From a virus, in the IMG/VR virus record IMGVR_UViG_3300046318_000171, positions 27,239 through 91,238 of that record: a stretch of 64,000 bases of DNA. One strand, given 5' to 3'. The notes beneath the pieces are model-generated. The model ran no database searches. It saw only the letters and a program-made list of their open reading frames with translations, and was not told the DNA's origin. A program made the position numbers and the translations under genes. This document shows positions 1-8,052 of the stretch, in pieces. Numbering within the stretch: position 1 is the first letter of the stretch; each line of letters starts with the position of its first letter.

Positions 1-16
1 CAAGAGCCTGCTGTAT

Positions 17-1144
17 GTGATGCCGTGCAACTCACGGTCGGTCAAGTCAATCGGCTTGTCAATGTACCGCAGAGTTGCTGCTGGCATTGTTGGTATGAGC
101 AATCGCCCAACATCAGCAGACCTCTGGCGTCACTTCCGCAACGAAGTCATTCGTCTAGAAGCACGTGCCAATGGCACAGACGAAGCGGTGTTGCAGCAGC
201 TCAAGTACAACAACTACGAGCAGTTCTGGTCCAAGATGAAGCAGGACAAGAAAGAGCGAGCCAAGGTTGTTGACCAAGCGGCTGTCGAAGCAATGTGGGC
301 AACCATCCCAATTGCTGAAGCAGGCACCGAGTCAAGTCGTGGCTGGGGTATCGAAGTCGAGACAGTTCGTGCTAACCAGACATCACGACCACGTGGTTGG
401 GAAGATGTGTACGACGGCTCACTGCCAGAGTCCGGTGGTGGTTGCAACTGTGGTTGCGACGACTGCTGCAATGGTGACCACTGCGACTACGAAGATGACG
501 ACTGCTTCGCCAACAGTGGTGGTGGTGAGTCAAGAGAGTTCGTCTCACCTATCCTGCGGTACTTCAACAGCAATGGTCTGCGTCAGTTGTGCGGTGACCT
601 TGGTGATGTCGAGCAATCTACAGCCCCAGGTATCCACGTTCACGTTGGTGCCGAAGACCTGACAGTCACAGACGTAGCCCGTGTGCTGTTTGCCTATGGC
701 GTAGTTGCTCCGTTCATCCAGCCGCTGTATCACCGCAAGGTGTTCGGTTACTGCCAAGAGATGCCCGGCAACAATGTCCAGTGGTGGCTGACTGCTGCTA
801 AGCGTCGTCTACAAGAGACAGGCAGAGTGCCACGACCTGCTGACATCTGCCACGAGCAGCCCGTCAACCGCTACCAAGATGTGAACACTCACGCCTTGGC
901 TGCACACCAGACCCTAGAGTTCCGTGCTATGGGTCCGTTCTACAACTACGAGCACCTAGTCCGTTGGGCTTGGTTCTGCCGAGAGATGTTGAATGTATCC
1001 CGACTCAACCTAGACCAGCGTGTCTGGACTAGTTGCGAGTCACTCACTGATGTCATCAATGTACTACGCAAGTATGGCTCAGAGTTCCCAACCGACAAGT
1101 CGCTGGCAGACACGCCAGCCGACACAAACACATACGAAGAATAG
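17..1144 (+). CDS. Putative amidoligase (COOH-NH2 ligase family), probably 5'-truncated by the window edge
   Basis: Motifs WGIEVE, DGSL, EFVSP, GIHVHVG, RYQDVN, TLEFR; the frame is open back to position 2. Confidence 0.85.
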   Translation: MMPCNSRSVKSIGLSMYRRVAAGIVGMSNRPTSADLWRHFRNEVIRLEARANGTDEAVLQQLKYNNYEQFWSKMKQDKKERAKVVDQAAVEAMWATIPIAEAGTESSRGWGIEVETVRANQTSRPRGWEDVYDGSLPESGGGCNCGCDDCCNGDHCDYEDDDCFANSGGGESREFVSPILRYFNSNGLRQLCGDLGDVEQSTAPGIHVHVGAEDLTVTDVARVLFAYGVVAPFIQPLYHRKVFGYCQEMPGNNVQWWLTAAKRRLQETGRVPRPADICHEQPVNRYQDVNTHALAAHQTLEFRAMGPFYNYEHLVRWAWFCREMLNVSRLNLDQRVWTSCESLTDVINVLRKYGSEFPTDKSLADTPADTNTYEE

Positions 1145-1153
1145 GAGATACTT

Positions 1154-2251
1154 ATGTGTGGTATCGCAGGCTTTAGCCTAAGTAAGACCAGCAAGATAAA
1201 ACCTCGACAGTTGTCGAACGCTTTGCTGGGTGCAATCGAGGACCGTGGCGGTATGGCTTCGGGCTTCGCTTGGCAAGACAATGAGCATATGGGGTTCTAC
1301 AAAGCAGCCGTCACCGGCTCTACCCTGTCGCTCAAGACAATGCCAAAGGATGTGCGTAATGTTATCTTGCACACCCGCCTAGCCACTCACGGCTCAACCA
1401 ATGACAACCGCAATAATCACCCAGTGCTCTCGCCTAACGAGGACATTGCGTTGGTTCACAACGGAGTCATTTACAACCACAACCAAGTACGCAATCAGTT
1501 GGGTATGACACTGCCAGATGTAGATACAAGTGTTATCCCTGCAATCATTGAGCAGCGTGGGCTTGACTCTATCAACGAGTTGGATGGTGATGCCGCAATT
1601 GCGTGGTTCAACCGCAAGGAGCACAACACTATGCACCTTGCACGCTACAAGCACTCACCGCTAGTTATGGCTCAGGTAGAAGACGGGTCATTCATCTTCT
1701 GCTCAACCGAGCAGTTGCTATGGCGTGTGCTTGTCAGTATGGACCTAATGCCAACGTGGATGGAGACAGCCAGCGAGCTGGACTACTTCACCATCCGTGA
1801 TGGCGTAGTGATGAGCAAGTCGATGTTGCCTGAACCTAAGTACAACGACTACTCGTACGACTACTCGTACTTCCGCCACCAGACAGCCGGTGCCAAGCCA
1901 AAGACTATCGGGTCTTCGTTTGCGTACTACGACGAGTGGGACGACGACTACACCCCGTATTCGTTCAACGGTAAGAACACCGACCGTGATGACGAGTTCG
2001 ACAATGACGACGACTATGCCGAAGACGACTTCAACACTGACAATGTTGTGCCGCTCAATCGTGCAAAGTTCTACACCGTCATCTACGACACCATCATCAA
2101 AGACCACGAGTACATCTACTACTACGGCGACGAAGAGAAGACGTGGAAAGACGAGTTGTTCATCTGGGCTAACGAGAACTACATCAAGTTAGTTGACTAC
2201 GGAGTAATCGACAAGGGTGAGTTGCTCTCAACCACTGACGAGTTGTTCTAG
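1154..2251 (+). CDS. Class II (Ntn) glutamine amidotransferase with an acidic Tyr/Asp-rich tail
   Basis: N-terminal MCGIAG, HTRLATHG, NNHP, HNGVIYN, DTS; SD AGGAG. Confidence 0.92.
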   Translation: MCGIAGFSLSKTSKIKPRQLSNALLGAIEDRGGMASGFAWQDNEHMGFYKAAVTGSTLSLKTMPKDVRNVILHTRLATHGSTNDNRNNHPVLSPNEDIALVHNGVIYNHNQVRNQLGMTLPDVDTSVIPAIIEQRGLDSINELDGDAAIAWFNRKEHNTMHLARYKHSPLVMAQVEDGSFIFCSTEQLLWRVLVSMDLMPTWMETASELDYFTIRDGVVMSKSMLPEPKYNDYSYDYSYFRHQTAGAKPKTIGSSFAYYDEWDDDYTPYSFNGKNTDRDDEFDNDDDYAEDDFNTDNVVPLNRAKFYTVIYDTIIKDHEYIYYYGDEEKTWKDELFIWANENYIKLVDYGVIDKGELLSTTDELF

Positions 2252-2257
2252 TTGCAA

Positions 2258-2295
2258 TGTCGGGCAGGTGCTTGTGCGTGAGTGCCTGCCCGACA
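2258..2295 (+). terminator. Strong intergenic hairpin (terminator or RNA processing site)
   Basis: TGTCGGGCAGG/CCTGCCCGACA perfect 11-bp stem, extendable with G-U pairs; no U-tract. Confidence 0.55.
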
Positions 2296-2327
2296 CAAAC
2301 ATACACGCACACGATAAGGAGATACAA

Positions 2328-2729
2328 ATGGAACAAACCACAGTAGCAGGCTTAGTAGCCACTACACCAAGACACCTAGTCACACAAGACGGGTTGCCAA
2401 TCACCTCGTTTCGTATGGCAGTACCAACACGCCGTTTCGACAGAACCACGAGCAAGTGGGTAGATGGCGAAACTAACTGGTACACAATCACAGCGTTCCG
2501 CCAACTAGCAATCAACCTTGTAGGCTCAATCAGCAAGGGTGAGCGTGTGCTAGTGCAGGGTAATTTGCGAGTGCGTGACTGGGACAACGGAGAGCGTGCC
2601 GGTACAAGCGTCGAAATTGAAGCGTTGTCAGTAGGACACGACCTGAACTGGGGCACAGCAGTGTTCACCCGCACCGTGCTAACGCAGGATGTAGACCCAG
2701 CCGCACAAGAACCACCATACGAGTACTAA
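2328..2729 (+). CDS. ssb: Single-stranded DNA-binding protein (actinobacterial SsbB-like OB fold)
   Basis: SFRMA..RRFD...W.DGETNWY, KGERVLVQG.LR.R.W, GHDL; SD AAGGAG before ATG at 2328. Confidence 0.92.
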   Translation: MEQTTVAGLVATTPRHLVTQDGLPITSFRMAVPTRRFDRTTSKWVDGETNWYTITAFRQLAINLVGSISKGERVLVQGNLRVRDWDNGERAGTSVEIEALSVGHDLNWGTAVFTRTVLTQDVDPAAQEPPYEY

Positions 2730-2735
2730 GGAGAA
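2717..2735 (+). repeat. 19-bp gene-junction repeat, copy 1 (ATACGAGTACTAAGGAGAA)
   Basis: Identical to 3941..3959. Confidence 0.85.
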
Positions 2736-2740
2736 AACAA

Positions 2741-3037
2741 ATGACTGATTTTGTGTGCAACAACTGTTCCTACGAATGTGATTGGGTAAACGAGCAGTAT
2801 CTATGCCAGACCTGTCTCAATGCTTACAGGTCAGGAGTGATAGAAACACGCTCCAACATTCGTTGGCAGTCCACACTCACACGAGAGATGGTTGACCATC
2901 TTCCTTGGGATGTGTGGTCAAGCCTAGAAGACGAACTCAACGAAGCAGTCGCAGAGTTGTGTGCGAAATACGGCGTAAGCGGAGACGATTACGGCGACGA
3001 AACAATCCAGATACTAGAAATAAAGGAGAACAAGTAA
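2741..3037 (+). CDS. Hypothetical protein, N-terminal CxxC..CxxC zinc ribbon
   Basis: SD and ATG; CNNC/CQTC. Confidence 0.75.
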   Translation: MTDFVCNNCSYECDWVNEQYLCQTCLNAYRSGVIETRSNIRWQSTLTREMVDHLPWDVWSSLEDELNEAVAELCAKYGVSGDDYGDETIQILEIKENK

Positions 3038-3234
3038 TGACCCCGTTTGAAAAGTACCAAGAAGCAATCCTAAAACAGTTCAACGCTTTCTTGCGGTCAG
3101 GTAATCGAGAGCCGGTAGACAAGTACGATGTGTACTTCCAGTCGTACCTAATCGGTTCGATGTCTGCTTTGGTTAGCGACGAGAAGTACGAACAGCACAC
3201 GGCATTTGCCCTAAGTGAATTGGAGAACAAGTAA
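3037..3234 (+). CDS. Hypothetical protein (start revised to ATG 3037)
   Basis: TAATG coupling with SD AAGGAG. Confidence 0.75.
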   Translation: MTPFEKYQEAILKQFNAFLRSGNREPVDKYDVYFQSYLIGSMSALVSDEKYEQHTAFALSELENK

Positions 3235-3443
3235 TGAGCAAAATCGTTTACTTCGTAGTAGGCGTAGACCTTGAAGCCAAGTCTGCGTTCATTGACGACG
3301 ACACTTTCCTTGCCAGATTCGACAAGGAAGAAGCCGTCTTCGACGACTCAACAGGTAAGTGGTCGGCAGACGACGACCTAGTGCTTTACAAAGAAGCACT
3401 AGAAATCCTCAACAACACACCAATAGCAAAGGACGGAAACTAA
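3234..3443 (+). CDS. Small acidic hypothetical protein
   Basis: TAATG coupling, SD GGAG. Confidence 0.75.
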   Translation: MSKIVYFVVGVDLEAKSAFIDDDTFLARFDKEEAVFDDSTGKWSADDDLVLYKEALEILNNTPIAKDGN

Positions 3444-3649
3444 TGACACTCGAAGAACTAGAAAGAGCAATCACCCGCTGGGGCGACATCACCTACCTAG
3501 GCGTGTACACACTACGCAAAGATGGTGCGTTCATCAAGATGGTAGTCAATGGTGCATCTAAGCAAGACATCGAAGATTACCTGCGAGATGAATACCCTGA
3601 CCACTTCGAAGAAGAGGACTGGGAAGACGAAGAGGAAGAAAGTGAGTAG
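3443..3649 (+). CDS. Small acidic hypothetical protein (start 3443)
   Basis: TAATG coupling; poly-Glu tail. Confidence 0.75.
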   Translation: MTLEELERAITRWGDITYLGVYTLRKDGAFIKMVVNGASKQDIEDYLRDEYPDHFEEEDWEDEEEESE

Positions 3650-3953
3650 ACCAACTATTCGCCTAGCCAACGACCTTGAAGCAGAAATCCTGCTTGGGTA
3701 TGTTGCTGAGTTGCTAGATGACGATAACGATGTAGTCACTGGGTTTGCCAGAGTAATGCTACTGAGAACCTATCGTCAACTAACCGAAGCACTAGAACTA
3801 GTAGACATAGGTGAATGCGACAACTGCGGACACCAATACGACACAAGTTCAAGAAATGACAGGTGCGGAGATTGCGGGCTATGCGGTGCGTGTTGCACTA
3901 GCGAGCCTGAGCACCAGCCAACACAAACACTCAAACCGCAATACGAGTACTAA
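3642..3953 (+). CDS. Hypothetical protein with Cys-rich C-terminus (GTG start 3642)
   Basis: SD GAGG; CDNC, CGDCGLCGACC. Confidence 0.7.
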   Translation: MSRPTIRLANDLEAEILLGYVAELLDDDNDVVTGFARVMLLRTYRQLTEALELVDIGECDNCGHQYDTSSRNDRCGDCGLCGACCTSEPEHQPTQTLKPQYEY

Positions 3954-3959
3954 GGAGAA
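3941..3959 (+). repeat. 19-bp gene-junction repeat, copy 2
   Basis: Identical to 2717..2735. Confidence 0.85.
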
Positions 3960-3965
3960 CAAATA

Positions 3966-4193
3966 ATGACAGTTGGAAGACTAATCAACCTGTTGCAAAC
4001 CCTGAACGAAGACGAGCCAATCGTGTTTCAGTTCTTGATTGCCGAGCACGTCAATTACTCAGCAGAAGACTTTGAACGTATCGCTGACTTCCTAAAGGAC
4101 AGCGGCCCGTTTGGAGAGGACATAGCACGAGTTCTAAAAGAATGGTGCGGAGAAGCATTTGACAACCTAGACGAGTGGGAAGAGGAGGACTAG
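3966..4193 (+). CDS. Small acidic hypothetical protein
   Basis: SD AAGGAG; MTVG.LI..LQ start typical of small phage proteins. Confidence 0.75.
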   Translation: MTVGRLINLLQTLNEDEPIVFQFLIAEHVNYSAEDFERIADFLKDSGPFGEDIARVLKEWCGEAFDNLDEWEEED

Positions 4194-4376
4194 ATGTCTA
4201 AGCACTACATCAAGGTACTAGTAGAGTACTGGTACGAGAGCGACAACGACGAGTTTGAGTCGTCAAGTGCAGCCGAGGAGTTCGGTTGGAACATTGACGA
4301 GCTCAACTACGGAAGCGTTCAATCAATCACCGTTGAGGAACTACCTAACGATGAAGAGGAAGAAGAGGAGAACTAA
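4194..4376 (+). CDS. Small acidic hypothetical protein
   Basis: Abuts the upstream stop; SD GAGGAGG. Confidence 0.75.
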   Translation: MSKHYIKVLVEYWYESDNDEFESSSAAEEFGWNIDELNYGSVQSITVEELPNDEEEEEEN

Positions 4377-4559
4377 ATGGGAATCAAGTACTACGTGCCA
4401 ATCAACCTAGACATTGAGGTTGAAGCAGACAACGCAGACAAAGCGTGGGAAGAAATCTACACCAAAATCAATGGGCAAATCATTGACCTAGTAGAAAGCA
4501 ACTTTGCTGGGGTGTCATTCGTTCTAGAAGTTGGCGAACCAGATGAGGTGCGTGACTAA
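4377..4559 (+). CDS. Small acidic protein (VEA.S..EA-type motif)
   Basis: IEVEADNADKAWE; SD GGAG. Confidence 0.75.
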   Translation: MGIKYYVPINLDIEVEADNADKAWEEIYTKINGQIIDLVESNFAGVSFVLEVGEPDEVRD

Positions 4560-4705
4560 TGGAAATCAAAATCGATGACACATCATGGAAGACCTTGTTC
4601 TATTCTCTCATGGAAGCAATTGAAGACAACGAAGACCTGATTGACTTGTACGAAGTGTTCGAACAAGCAGGAGCAGAACTCGACGCAGATGAGGAGGACG
4701 AGTAA
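4559..4705 (+). CDS. 48-aa acidic protein not in the ORF track (MEIKIDDTSW...)
   Basis: TAATG coupling at both ends. Confidence 0.7.
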   Translation: MEIKIDDTSWKTLFYSLMEAIEDNEDLIDLYEVFEQAGAELDADEEDE

Positions 4706-4950
4706 TGGCAAATCACACACACCTAGTCGTGGCATACGACCACGACACCAAGCAGTTCTGGTTCGATGGCGATGGTTCACGAGAGTGGATTCGCCGTCTG
4801 TTCACTCCTGAGACCAACACTTGGTCTGATGAGCAGGAAGAGTACATCGCTATCCCTGCCGAGCAGGAGCAAAAGGCAATCAACGCACTTGGAGCACTTG
4901 GTATCGACATTACTAACGATAGTGCACTGGTCTGGCAGGAGCAGGGATGA
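4705..4950 (+). CDS. Hypothetical protein
   Basis: Coupled; SD GAGGAGG. Confidence 0.75.
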   Translation: MANHTHLVVAYDHDTKQFWFDGDGSREWIRRLFTPETNTWSDEQEEYIAIPAEQEQKAINALGALGIDITNDSALVWQEQG

Positions 4951-5132
4951 GCAATGCCAACACAAACAAGGAGCATCAAATGGAATATGCAGTAGCAGTA
5001 GAGCGGGAACGTATCCTGCAAATACTAGAAATGAAATTGTCATCAATGATTGACAATGACCAATGGTCAATGACCCGTAACGAGTTCAACGACCTAATCG
5101 ATTACATTGCCAATGTAAAGGAGGATAACTAA
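4947..5132 (+). CDS. Small protein of the ERERIxxLLE family
   Basis: AVERERILQILE; ATGA overlap. Confidence 0.7.
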   Translation: MSNANTNKEHQMEYAVAVERERILQILEMKLSSMIDNDQWSMTRNEFNDLIDYIANVKEDN

Positions 5133-5230
5133 TGCAGGACACCTACATCCTAGACAAAATCATTGAGTACCTGGAGAACGGCGGGATACTCACCAAAGAA
5201 AACTATGAAACGTTCATCATTGAGTGCTAA
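5132..5230 (+). CDS. 32-aa hypothetical protein not in the track
   Basis: SD GGAGG, TAATG coupling. Confidence 0.55.
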   Translation: MQDTYILDKIIEYLENGGILTKENYETFIIEC

Positions 5231-5241
5231 GGAGAAAAAAA

Positions 5242-5499
5242 ATGATTAAGTATCAAGAACTAGGCTACAAATCGTACGTTACTGGTGACGGACACAGCGG
5301 TGTTGAGAGCGTAGTTGTATTCGACCCCGACGAGTTGTACGACCAGTACCCACAAGTGTGGGACATCATTGAGAACATTGCAGATTATTTCAAGTATGAC
5401 TTCGTGGTTGCTTTCCTAGAGCAGGACATGGAAGTACTGGAAGAAGCCGCAGCAGAGCACGGATTCGACATCTCGGTAGTTACAGACAAGGAGAACTAA
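5242..5499 (+). CDS. Acidic hypothetical protein (start 5242)
   Basis: SD AAGGAG. Confidence 0.75.
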   Translation: MIKYQELGYKSYVTGDGHSGVESVVVFDPDELYDQYPQVWDIIENIADYFKYDFVVAFLEQDMEVLEEAAAEHGFDISVVTDKEN

Positions 5500-5723
5500 T
5501 GACTAAGAAACAATTACTAAAATTCGCAAACGAACTGAGCGACACCGAAGAGACTGTAATTTTTGCTTACACAAAGTTCGACATTGACTACGAACGAGAG
5601 TACGATAACTTGCCACCGCTTACAGACGAGCAATGGGAAAAGTTCCGTTACTGGATGAACAAGTATGTCGATGTATCTAACGACTATCAAGACGCTTTAC
5701 ACTACGCACTAAAGGAAGGCTAG
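5499..5723 (+). CDS. Hypothetical protein
   Basis: Coupled; SD AAGGAG. Confidence 0.75.
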   Translation: MTKKQLLKFANELSDTEETVIFAYTKFDIDYEREYDNLPPLTDEQWEKFRYWMNKYVDVSNDYQDALHYALKEG

Positions 5724-5725
5724 AA

Positions 5726-5986
5726 ATGACTGAAGTAGCACTAAACCTGTGGGACGCTGACTTATACGGCGATGGCAGTGGCGGTAGAGGTATCAAACTT
5801 ACCGCTTATCAAATAGACGAAGACCTTGCTGTAAATTCGGCTGTGTTCATTAGCGTCAACTTGACTAAGGATGACCTACCTAAGCGGTATGTTGTAGACG
5901 ACGAGTGGGCTTACCCGGGCAGTAAGAAGTTCACTAAGTGGATGCAGCTGTTTATCGCTAAGCAGTTAGAAAGGAAAACAAAGTGA
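5726..5986 (+). CDS. Hypothetical protein
   Basis: SD and tight gene packing. Confidence 0.7.
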   Translation: MTEVALNLWDADLYGDGSGGRGIKLTAYQIDEDLAVNSAVFISVNLTKDDLPKRYVVDDEWAYPGSKKFTKWMQLFIAKQLERKTK

Positions 5987-6153
5987 GTGAGTTCAAAGTA
6001 AAGGTAGAACGCCACTACTCGTACGAAGTAGTCGTTGCCGCAGATAGTGCGGAACAGGCTAGGGAGTTAGTACGTGACTATGAAATCGAAGACCTGGAGT
6101 CATTTGAAACAGACGCCTGGTTTGACTTCAGTTTTGCAGAGGAGGTAAAGTAA
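5983..6153 (+). CDS. 56-aa acidic protein not in the track (VVAADSAEQARE)
   Basis: GTGA overlap; DpnD/PcfM-like motif. Confidence 0.7.
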   Translation: MSEFKVKVERHYSYEVVVAADSAEQARELVRDYEIEDLESFETDAWFDFSFAEEVK

Positions 6154-6347
6154 TGACAATTGAACACGAGTACGAAGTACGTTTCATTTTGGAACTATCC
6201 AACATCATCACGCTGGCTATTACCGCAGAAGAAGATGAAGAAGCAGCAATTGCACAAGCCGAAGACCGCTTAGCACTTGACGGCATCGATATCCAAAGTT
6301 TGGATGTGCTTGAAGTAACCGCAAAGAAAACAGGAGAGTACCACTAA
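6153..6347 (+). CDS. Small acidic protein
   Basis: Coupled; SD GGAGG. Confidence 0.75.
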   Translation: MTIEHEYEVRFILELSNIITLAITAEEDEEAAIAQAEDRLALDGIDIQSLDVLEVTAKKTGEYH

Positions 6348-6487
6348 TGACAGACACATCAACCTACACAGACGGTGAAGTACTAGACGCTATCTATGAC
6401 TTCATTGGTAACGGAGGAACACTAGGGCCGGATAACTTTGACGAGTTCATGGCTACCTTTGAGGAGGAAACAGATGGAAGCAAATAA
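6347..6487 (+). CDS. 46-aa acidic protein not in the track
   Basis: TAATG coupling; SD AGGAG. Confidence 0.6.
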   Translation: MTDTSTYTDGEVLDAIYDFIGNGGTLGPDNFDEFMATFEEETDGSK

Positions 6488-6671
6488 GATGATGCACTAC
6501 CAGTTCGTCAGTGATTACGCAGTAATCAAATTTACTGTGCCTGGTCGAACTGAATGGTCAGAGGAAGAGTGGGATTCAGCCGCAGACTCTGACCTAGTAT
6601 CATACGTACACAACCCAGAGCAGTACTACATGGATGACTGCTGGGAACTAGAGGAGGAAACAAATGAATAA
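6474..6671 (+). CDS. Small acidic protein (start 6474)
   Basis: SD GAGGAGG. Confidence 0.7.
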   Translation: MEANKMMHYQFVSDYAVIKFTVPGRTEWSEEEWDSAADSDLVSYVHNPEQYYMDDCWELEEETNE

Positions 6672-6822
6672 TACCGGAACAATAGCAGGACTAACTGCTG
6701 ACCTCAAAATCCTTCGTGCAGCGTATGCAAAAAGGAACTTGTGGTCTGAGGCTAGGGTAGTAGATTTGATTCTAAACAAAATCGTTGCCCCTTACGCAGA
6801 GGATGAGGAAACAAATGAGTGA
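6664..6822 (+). CDS. 52-aa hypothetical protein not in the track
   Basis: SD GAGGAGG; overlap geometry matches its neighbours. Confidence 0.6.
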   Translation: MNNTGTIAGLTADLKILRAAYAKRNLWSEARVVDLILNKIVAPYAEDEETNE

Positions 6823-7039
6823 ACCACAGGGCTACACACAGGCAGTTGTTGACATTTTGAACTCACAGCTTGGGCAGTCAATTACTCAAGCGTTCACGGC
6901 TGGTGAAGAACACGAGCGTAAACGCATCATCAGTTTGCTTAGTCACTTGCACGACGAGTATACTGACGACTACGGCTACACCATGGAATCCATGGCAATC
7001 TCTAACGCCATTGACCGTATCAAAGGAATCACAAAATGA
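6815..7039 (+). CDS. Small protein of the ERERIxxLLE family
   Basis: HERKRIISLL...AIDRIKG. Confidence 0.7.
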   Translation: MSEPQGYTQAVVDILNSQLGQSITQAFTAGEEHERKRIISLLSHLHDEYTDDYGYTMESMAISNAIDRIKGITK

Positions 7040-7160
7040 GTAAGCACAAACGTCAGTTGTCTGTACTAGGATGGGTAATCTACTTCCTAGGAAGAACAAT
7101 CAAAGTACTACTACACCTACAGAGCTCGATAATGATGGCTCAGGAACGGAGAAAAAAATA

Positions 7161-7523
7161 ATGGATGAAGAAAGATACCTGTCCCCAGAGAGCATGATGA
7201 AAATGATTGACGCTCTGGCTGTCGAAGTAATCAGAGCCGGTGAAGCGGAGTCATACCTAATCAACAACGAACTACTCACCAACGAACAGGTGACCACGGT
7301 AATGAAGGCCAACACCTTCCTGACTGTGTTCGCTACGTTGTTGCTACGCATTGTTGAGCGAGAGAAACCTGAGTTCGCCAAAATGATTTTAGACATCTGG
7401 ATAGACAGCCCAGTCAAGAACCTAGTACGCCTAGCCTTTGCTGAAGAGATTGAGGCAGCAGTTGCCCACATCGCTGACGGCATCAACGAACTAGAGCAGC
7501 TAATCAACCGCAAGGATGATTAG
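7161..7523 (+). CDS. Hypothetical helical protein (start 7161)
   Basis: SD GGAG, TAATG. Confidence 0.7.
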   Translation: MDEERYLSPESMMKMIDALAVEVIRAGEAESYLINNELLTNEQVTTVMKANTFLTVFATLLLRIVEREKPEFAKMILDIWIDSPVKNLVRLAFAEEIEAAVAHIADGINELEQLINRKDD

Positions 7524-7675
7524 TGAAGGCTATCAACGGAACTAAAGTGTTCGGGTGGTGCATGTTTCCTATGAGCGACGCCCAACACAAACTCTGTAAA
7601 CTAACCAACATCAATGCCGACGGCACTACACGCACCTGTGAATGCCCCTGCCACAAGGAGAAAACAAATGAATAA
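7523..7675 (+). CDS. 50-aa Cys/His protein not in the track (GWC..H..C..CECPCH)
   Basis: TAGTG coupling; metal-ligand pattern. Confidence 0.6.
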   Translation: MKAINGTKVFGWCMFPMSDAQHKLCKLTNINADGTTRTCECPCHKEKTNE

Positions 7676-7835
7676 AGACATCAAAGCACTGATAGATGGC
7701 TTAGCCGTTGGGCTAGGCTTTGTGGGTGTGACGGGCTTTGCAATAGACGCAAGCAAATGGCCCACACTATTCCTGCTTATCTCAATATCCATGGCACTAC
7801 CAATCGCAACACGACTAAAGGAACACGATGAGTGA
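7668..7835 (+). CDS. Small membrane protein (2 hydrophobic segments)
   Basis: SD AAGGAG; hydrophobic stretches. Confidence 0.65.
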   Translation: MNKDIKALIDGLAVGLGFVGVTGFAIDASKWPTLFLLISISMALPIATRLKEHDE

Positions 7836-8052
7836 TGAAAAAGAAATGCGCAAGATTCAAAAACTAGCCGAGGCGCAGGGCTGGACAGTTACCAAAACCA
7901 GTAAGAACCACACCAAGTGGCTATCCCCACTAGGCGGCATGGTAATCAGTTCCGCTACCCCATCTGACCGTAGGACCCTGACGCACCTTAAGCGTGACCT
8001 ACGTGTCAACGGCTTCATTGACATCACCCGACAGAACAAGAGGAGGAAATAA
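7828..8052 (+). CDS. HicA-like (dsRBD-fold) toxin-like protein
   Basis: AEAQGWTV..T.KNH.KW..P.G...S.TPSD.R pattern of actinophage HicA-like proteins. Confidence 0.7.
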   Translation: MSDEKEMRKIQKLAEAQGWTVTKTSKNHTKWLSPLGGMVISSATPSDRRTLTHLKRDLRVNGFIDITRQNKRRK

